This document shows, piece after piece, positions 59,606 through 64,000 of a DNA stretch of 64,000 nucleotides. This DNA is from Baekduia sp. (GTDB taxonomy: Bacteria; Actinomycetota; Thermoleophilia; Solirubrobacterales; Solirubrobacteraceae). The stretch covers positions 15,624 to 79,623 of the forward strand of contig NZ_DASRZV010000013.1 of assembly GCF_035685985.1 (NCBI RefSeq), read 5' to 3'. The notes beneath the pieces were generated by a model. It did not search any database and had not been told where the DNA came from. It saw only the letters and a program-made list of their open reading frames with translations. Position numbers and translations under genes: made by a program. The number at the start of each line of letters is the position of its first letter. Position 1 is the first letter of the stretch.

Positions 59606-59662
59606 TTGCAACGAGTGCAGAAATGCGGCTTGTGCAAACAGACAGATGGTGCAGTTCTGCAC
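59606..59662. promoter_or_regulatory. Probable TetR operators in the divergent MMPL/TetR promoter
   Basis: TGCA-ACGAG-TGCA, TGCG-GCTTG-TGCA and perfect GTGCAG-TT-CTGCAC. Confidence 0.55.
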
Positions 59663-59688
59663 TTCCGTCGGATAGACTGCAAGGGCCC

Positions 59689-60312
59689 ATGGGTCTGCGG
59701 GAACGCAAGAAGGAACAGACGCGTCGGAACATCGAGGACGCGGCCATCCGGCTCTTCCGGGAGCGCGGCTATCAGGCGACGACCGTCGCCGAGATCGCCG
59801 AGGCCGCCGACATCGCGCCGCGCACGTTCTTCTCCTACTTCCCGTCGAAGGAGGCCGTGCTCTTCGGCGACTTCGACGAGAGCTTCGAGGCGCTCAACGC
59901 CCACATGGACCAGCGCGGGCCCGAGGAGACGACGTTCGACGCCGTCCGCGCCTGGATCGGCACGCTGATCGAGGACAAGGACCACGATCACGAGCGCGAC
60001 GCCTGCCGCCGCCGCCTGATCGCCGGCAACGAGGTCCTCGAGGCCCACGAGCGCCACCTGATGGGCCGCTTCGAGCGGCTGCTGGCCGAGAACGTCGCCC
60101 GCGACCTGGGCGACGCGCCCGACGACCTCCAGCCGCGGCTGGTGGCCGCCGCCGCGATCGCCGCGCTGATGGCGATGTCGAGCAAGGCCGACGAGGACGG
60201 CCACGAGCCCAAGGGCATCGACGAGGAGGGCCTGGCCCAGCTCGACGACGCCTTCGCGTTCCTGCGCGGCGGCATCGCGGCGCTGCAGGAGCGCCGCGCC
60301 TCGCGGGCCTGA
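59689..60312 (+). CDS. TetR family regulator divergent from the MMPL gene
   Basis: GLRERKK..TR, GY.ATTV.EIA.AA.I..RTFF.YF.SKE motifs. Confidence 0.93.
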   Translation: MGLRERKKEQTRRNIEDAAIRLFRERGYQATTVAEIAEAADIAPRTFFSYFPSKEAVLFGDFDESFEALNAHMDQRGPEETTFDAVRAWIGTLIEDKDHDHERDACRRRLIAGNEVLEAHERHLMGRFERLLAENVARDLGDAPDDLQPRLVAAAAIAALMAMSSKADEDGHEPKGIDEEGLAQLDDAFAFLRGGIAALQERRASRA

Positions 60313-60480
60313 TCCGCGGCGGGCCGGACGCCCGTCGAACGCGGTCCGCGCGCCCGGGTGCGGCTGCCCGCACTCGTGGCAGCACCCGGCGGATTTGGGG
60401 GATGTCCCTGATGCGGGGCCGGTGGCCGGGGTGGAGGATGCGCATCGACCCCGCCCCGACTCCCCGAGAAGGACCTCACC

Positions 60481-61881
60481 TTGATCACCTCCGCTCGTCC
60501 GGCCCTGGAGCTGGACACCCTCCGCGAGCAGTTCACCGGCAACCTCCACGCCCCCGGCGACGCCGGGTACGACGAGGCCCGCATGGCCTGGAACGTCGTC
60601 GTCGACCAGCGCCCGGCGCTCGTCGCCGAGCCGCGCACCGCGCAGGACGTCTCGGCGATCGTCCGCTTCGCGCACTCCACCGGCCTGCGCGTCGCGCCGC
60701 AGGGCACCGGCCACAACGCGTCCGCCCGCGTCGGCGCCGCCGCCGACGAGATCCTGCTGAGCACGCGCCTGATGCGCGGCGTCGAGATCGACGCCGCGCG
60801 CCGCACCGCCCGCGTCGAGGCCGGCGCGCTGTGCGCGGACCTGACCGCGCCCGCCTCCGACCTCGGCCTGGCCGCGCTCGGCGGCTCGTCGCCCGACGTC
60901 GGCCTCGTCGGCTACGTCATGGGCGGCGGCATCGGCTGGCTCGCCCGCGCCTTCGGGTTGTGCTGCAACTCGGTCCTGTCCTTCGACGTCGTCACCGGCC
61001 AGGGCGAGCACGTCCACGTCGACGCCGAGTCCCACCCCGAGCTGTTCTGGGCGCTGCGCGGCGGCACCGGCTCGCCGGCGATCATCACGCACATGGAGCT
61101 GCAGCTGATCGCGATGCCCGAGCTCTACGCCGGCGCGATGCTGTGGCCGTGGGAGCGCGCCCGCGAGGTCCTGCACGCCTGGCGCGAGTGGACGCTCGAC
61201 GCGCCCGAGTCGGCGACGACGTCGGCGCGCATCCTCCAGCTGCCGCCGATCCCCGACATCCCGGAGCCGTTCCGCGGCCGCTCGTTCGTCTGCCTCGACG
61301 GCGCGGTCATCGGCAACGAGGCCTACGCCCGCGAGGTGCTGGCGCCGCTGCGCGCGCTGGAGCCCGAGGTCGACCTGTTCCAGATCTCGCCGCCCGCCGC
61401 GCTGAGCCACCTCCACATGGACCCCGAGCAGCCGACGCCGGGCATCGGCACGCACGCGATGCTCGCGGAGCTGCCGGCCGAGGCGATCGACGCGTTCGTC
61501 GACGTCGCCGGGCCCGGCTCGAGCTCGCCGCTGCTGGTGGCCGAGCTGCGCCACCTCGGCGGCGCGCTGGCGCGCGTGCCGGCCAACGCGGGCGCGCGCT
61601 CGCGGCTGGATGCGTCCTACGTCCTGTTCGCGCTCGGCGTCCCGATGACGCCGGAGCTGGGCGAGGCGATCCCGGCGCACCTGGAGGTCCTCAAGGCCGC
61701 GCTGGCCCCGCAGCACGCCGAGCGCATCTACCTCAACTTCGCCGAGGCGCCCAGCGACGTGAGCCGCGCGTTCGACACCGACGTGTTCGCCGCGCTGCGG
61801 GCGGTGAAGGCGACCTACGACCCGCAGGACGTCATCCACGCCAACCACGCGATCGCGCCCGCTCCCGCGCAGGCGCGGTAA
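60481..61881 (+). CDS. FAD-binding oxidoreductase (VAO/BBE family)
   Basis: GYDEAR..WN, RP, QGTGH (covalent FAD His), GGGIGWL, LFWALRGG, YLNF and VK..YDP motifs. Confidence 0.9.
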   Translation: MITSARPALELDTLREQFTGNLHAPGDAGYDEARMAWNVVVDQRPALVAEPRTAQDVSAIVRFAHSTGLRVAPQGTGHNASARVGAAADEILLSTRLMRGVEIDAARRTARVEAGALCADLTAPASDLGLAALGGSSPDVGLVGYVMGGGIGWLARAFGLCCNSVLSFDVVTGQGEHVHVDAESHPELFWALRGGTGSPAIITHMELQLIAMPELYAGAMLWPWERAREVLHAWREWTLDAPESATTSARILQLPPIPDIPEPFRGRSFVCLDGAVIGNEAYAREVLAPLRALEPEVDLFQISPPAALSHLHMDPEQPTPGIGTHAMLAELPAEAIDAFVDVAGPGSSSPLLVAELRHLGGALARVPANAGARSRLDASYVLFALGVPMTPELGEAIPAHLEVLKAALAPQHAERIYLNFAEAPSDVSRAFDTDVFAALRAVKATYDPQDVIHANHAIAPAPAQAR

Positions 61882-61932
61882 CCCCGACCCGAGCAGGAGG
61901 CGGTGCCCGCGGCGTCGAACGCCGTGGGCACC

Positions 61933-62589
61933 ATGCCTCCGATCGGCCGTGAGGAAGGCGTCGCGACCCACCGCTACGGGCGGGTCGCGGTCGCGACGGC
62001 GCTGGTCGTGGTCGCCACGATCGCGCTGCCCGACGACGACCTCGGGCGTGGGCTCGCGCTCGTCCTCCAGGCGATCCTGCTGACGATGGTGACGATCGCC
62101 GCGCGCGACGCGACCGGCCGCGCGCTGACCGCCATCGCGAGCGCCGCCGCGGTCCTCGGCGCGCTGGGCGCCGTCGGCGTGGCGCTGCCGACCTGGCTCG
62201 TCCTCGGCCTGAGCGGCGTGCTGGCCGGGGCGATGGTGGGGACGGTGGCCCTCGGCGTCATCGCCCACGTCCGCGCGGCGGGCGTGACCGTCCACGCGGT
62301 CGGCGGCGGCCTGGCCATCTACCTGCTGGTCGGCCTGCTGTTCGCCGACGTCTACGGCGCGGTGGCGGCGGCCGGGCCCGGCGACTTCTTCGCGCAGGGC
62401 ACCGACGGCACGTCGGGCGAGCGCATCTACTACTCGTTCACGGCGCTGACGACGACCGGCTTCGGCGACCTCACGCCGCACGGCGACGTCGGCCGCTCGA
62501 TCTCCGTGCTGGAGATGCTGACCGGCCAGATCTACCTGGTGGTCGTGGTCGCGTTGCTGGTGGGGAACCTCAGGCGACGAGACGCCTGA
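61933..62589 (+). CDS. Potassium channel family protein (Ion_trans_2)
   Basis: YYSF..LTTTGFGD selectivity filter followed by E.L.GQ.Y. Confidence 0.88.
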   Translation: MPPIGREEGVATHRYGRVAVATALVVVATIALPDDDLGRGLALVLQAILLTMVTIAARDATGRALTAIASAAAVLGALGAVGVALPTWLVLGLSGVLAGAMVGTVALGVIAHVRAAGVTVHAVGGGLAIYLLVGLLFADVYGAVAAAGPGDFFAQGTDGTSGERIYYSFTALTTTGFGDLTPHGDVGRSISVLEMLTGQIYLVVVVALLVGNLRRRDA

Positions 62590-62959
62590 AGAGGCGGTCC
62601 AGCACCGCGTCGGGGTCGTCGCACAGGCCGGTGTGGATCGGCGAGGGCTGCACGATCGTCGACGACGCCGCGGTGAGCCATCCGAAGCGCTCGGACTGGT
62701 CGAGCTTGGCGACCGCGCCGCCCGCGGGGTCGCCGTCGGCGATCCGGACCAGGCCGTCGAGATGGCGGCGGACGGCCTCGACGTCGAGGCCGGGGAAGAG
62801 CGCGTGGAGGCGCCCAGGGTCCAGCCGCGTGCGCGCCTCCAGGAACTTGCGCCGGCGGCAGAAGACGACGACGCCGACGTTCAGCGCCTCGCCGCGCTCG
62901 ACCGACGGGACGATCCGCCAGATCGCGTACTGGAAGGCGTCCTGGTCAGCGGCCGGCAC
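62570..62959 (-). CDS. DUF3037 family protein
   Basis: FQYA..R.VP.VERGE.LNVGVV, ERF.WL.A..ST.VQPS.IHTG motifs. Confidence 0.88.
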   Translation of the reverse strand: MPAADQDAFQYAIWRIVPSVERGEALNVGVVVFCRRRKFLEARTRLDPGRLHALFPGLDVEAVRRHLDGLVRIADGDPAGGAVAKLDQSERFGWLTAASSTIVQPSPIHTGLCDDPDAVLDRLFRRLVA

Positions 62960-63725
62960 GGCGCGCCTCCTCGGCTTCGGCGGCGAACGCGCGCGGCGCG
63001 GCGAGCCGCCGCGCGAAGTGCTCGGCGTAGTCCCGCCTGGCGGTCTCCGGATCCTCGCCCAGCCAGTCGTCGGGCATCTGCGCGGCGATCTGCGCCACGG
63101 CCTCGCCGTCGACGCGCGGCGCCAGCCGCTCGTCGGCCTCCAGGATCGACCCGGCGAACGGCAGCAGCACGTGGTCGGCGATCAGCGGGAACGCGGCCTC
63201 CGCGGCCCCGGACGGCCAGGACGGCGTGTGGTGGCGGTACAGCGCGGCGCCGTGGTCGATCAGCCACAGGTCGCCGTGCCAGATCAACATGTTGGGGTTG
63301 CGCGGCGTGCGGTCGACGTTGGCGCAGAGCGCGTCGAACCAGACGACGTCGGCGGCCCGCTCGGGCGTCAGCCCGACCGGGGCGGCGGGGGAGAAGGGCA
63401 GCGCGCCGGGCAGGAAGTCCAGCCCCGCGTTGACGCCGCCGCTGGCCTGGACCAGCTCCTGGATCTCGGGATCGGGCTCGGCGTCGGCCAGGCGCGGGTC
63501 GATGTCCACCAACACGAGGTCCGGCACCCGCAGCCCGAGCGCGCGCCCGACCTCGCCGACGAGGATCTCGGCGACCAGCGCCTTGACGCCCTGGCCGGCA
63601 CCGCGCAGCTTGACGACGTACAGGCCGTCGTCGTCGGCCTCGAAGAGGCCCGGCATCGAGCCGCCCTCGCGCAGGGGCGTGACGTAGCGCGTGGCGCGCA
63701 CGGTGCGCAGGGTGGGGACGGCCAT
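62946..63725 (-). CDS. HipA-like (HipA_2-type) kinase
   Basis: RYVTPLREGGS.P, YVVK.RGAGQG, L.AE, D....NVDRT..NPN.L and LIDHG motifs. Confidence 0.88.
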   Translation of the reverse strand: MAVPTLRTVRATRYVTPLREGGSMPGLFEADDDGLYVVKLRGAGQGVKALVAEILVGEVGRALGLRVPDLVLVDIDPRLADAEPDPEIQELVQASGGVNAGLDFLPGALPFSPAAPVGLTPERAADVVWFDALCANVDRTPRNPNMLIWHGDLWLIDHGAALYRHHTPSWPSGAAEAAFPLIADHVLLPFAGSILEADERLAPRVDGEAVAQIAAQMPDDWLGEDPETARRDYAEHFARRLAAPRAFAAEAEEARRAGR

Positions 63726-63765
63726 GGGCGCGGCGCAGCTTAGCCCGCTAGCGTCCGGCGCACCG

Positions 63766-64000
63766 GTGTGGTTCGAGGCCGACAACCTGGTGCTGACCGT
63801 CGCGCAGGCCGCGTGCGTCGCGCTGCCCGCCGCGGGCGTCCCGCGCGCGCTGGCGCGGTTCCGCAACGGCTGGTGGGCGCTGGTGCTGCCGCTGTGCATC
63901 GTGGTGGTCATCGTCGCGATCGACGTCACCTCGGTCAGCGCGGACGTCCTGACGTGGGTGGCGCTGCTGCTCGTCCCGCCCGGCTGCGCGCTGGCGCTCG
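63766..64000 (+). CDS. Membrane protein, N-terminal part (runs off window edge)
   Basis: GTG at 63766 preceded by TAGCGT; open GC3-biased frame MWFEADNLVLTVAQAACVALP...WWALVLPLCIVVVIVAI. Confidence 0.65.
   Translation, partial: MWFEADNLVLTVAQAACVALPAAGVPRALARFRNGWWALVLPLCIVVVIVAIDVTSVSADVLTWVALLLVPPGCALAL

Noticed and set aside
57415-62481. 1688-aa ORF suggesting a giant MMPL protein
   Set aside because: The N-terminal 969 codons are antisense to the TetR, FAD oxidase and channel genes; the MMPL starts at 59574.

Overview
Very GC-rich, gene-dense bacterial chromosomal window. Gene content and codon style suggest Actinomycetota, most likely Thermoleophilia/Solirubrobacterales (inference only). 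From left to right: (i) about 22 kb of cell-envelope genes: an FAD-oxidoreductase/DUF1365/Cfa fatty-acid modification trio, GT4, GT2 and GT-C glycosyltransferases, an ABC-2 exporter, map, an acyltransferase-3, an O-antigen-ligase-like protein, an AftD-like arabinofuranosyltransferase, an Rv0224c-like methyltransferase, an Rv0225-like GT4 fused to a flippase, and a small LPNTG-anchored protein; (ii) tsaE-tsaB-rimI-tsaD-glutaredoxin-rex-ybdK; (iii) hppA, catalase, two APC-USP transporters, two TrkA proteins and tRNA-Gln(CTG); (iv) orphan genes, a GGDEF protein, a heterodimeric ABC exporter and an atypical FtsH-like three-gene operon; (v) a secreted hydrolase, TetR, two-component and MerR regulators, MFS and MMPL exporters, an FAD oxidase, a K+ channel and a HipA-like kinase/DUF3037 pair. 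No integrase, transposase, rRNA or CRISPR array was seen. The best leads are the mycobacterial-type aftD/Rv0224c/Rv0225 module in an apparently non-mycolate context, a family of 41-nt palindromes (18-5-18) with one copy in frame inside the aftD-like gene, and the 4-TM FtsH-like operon. Family assignments come from motif recognition and recalled sequences; no database searches were run.
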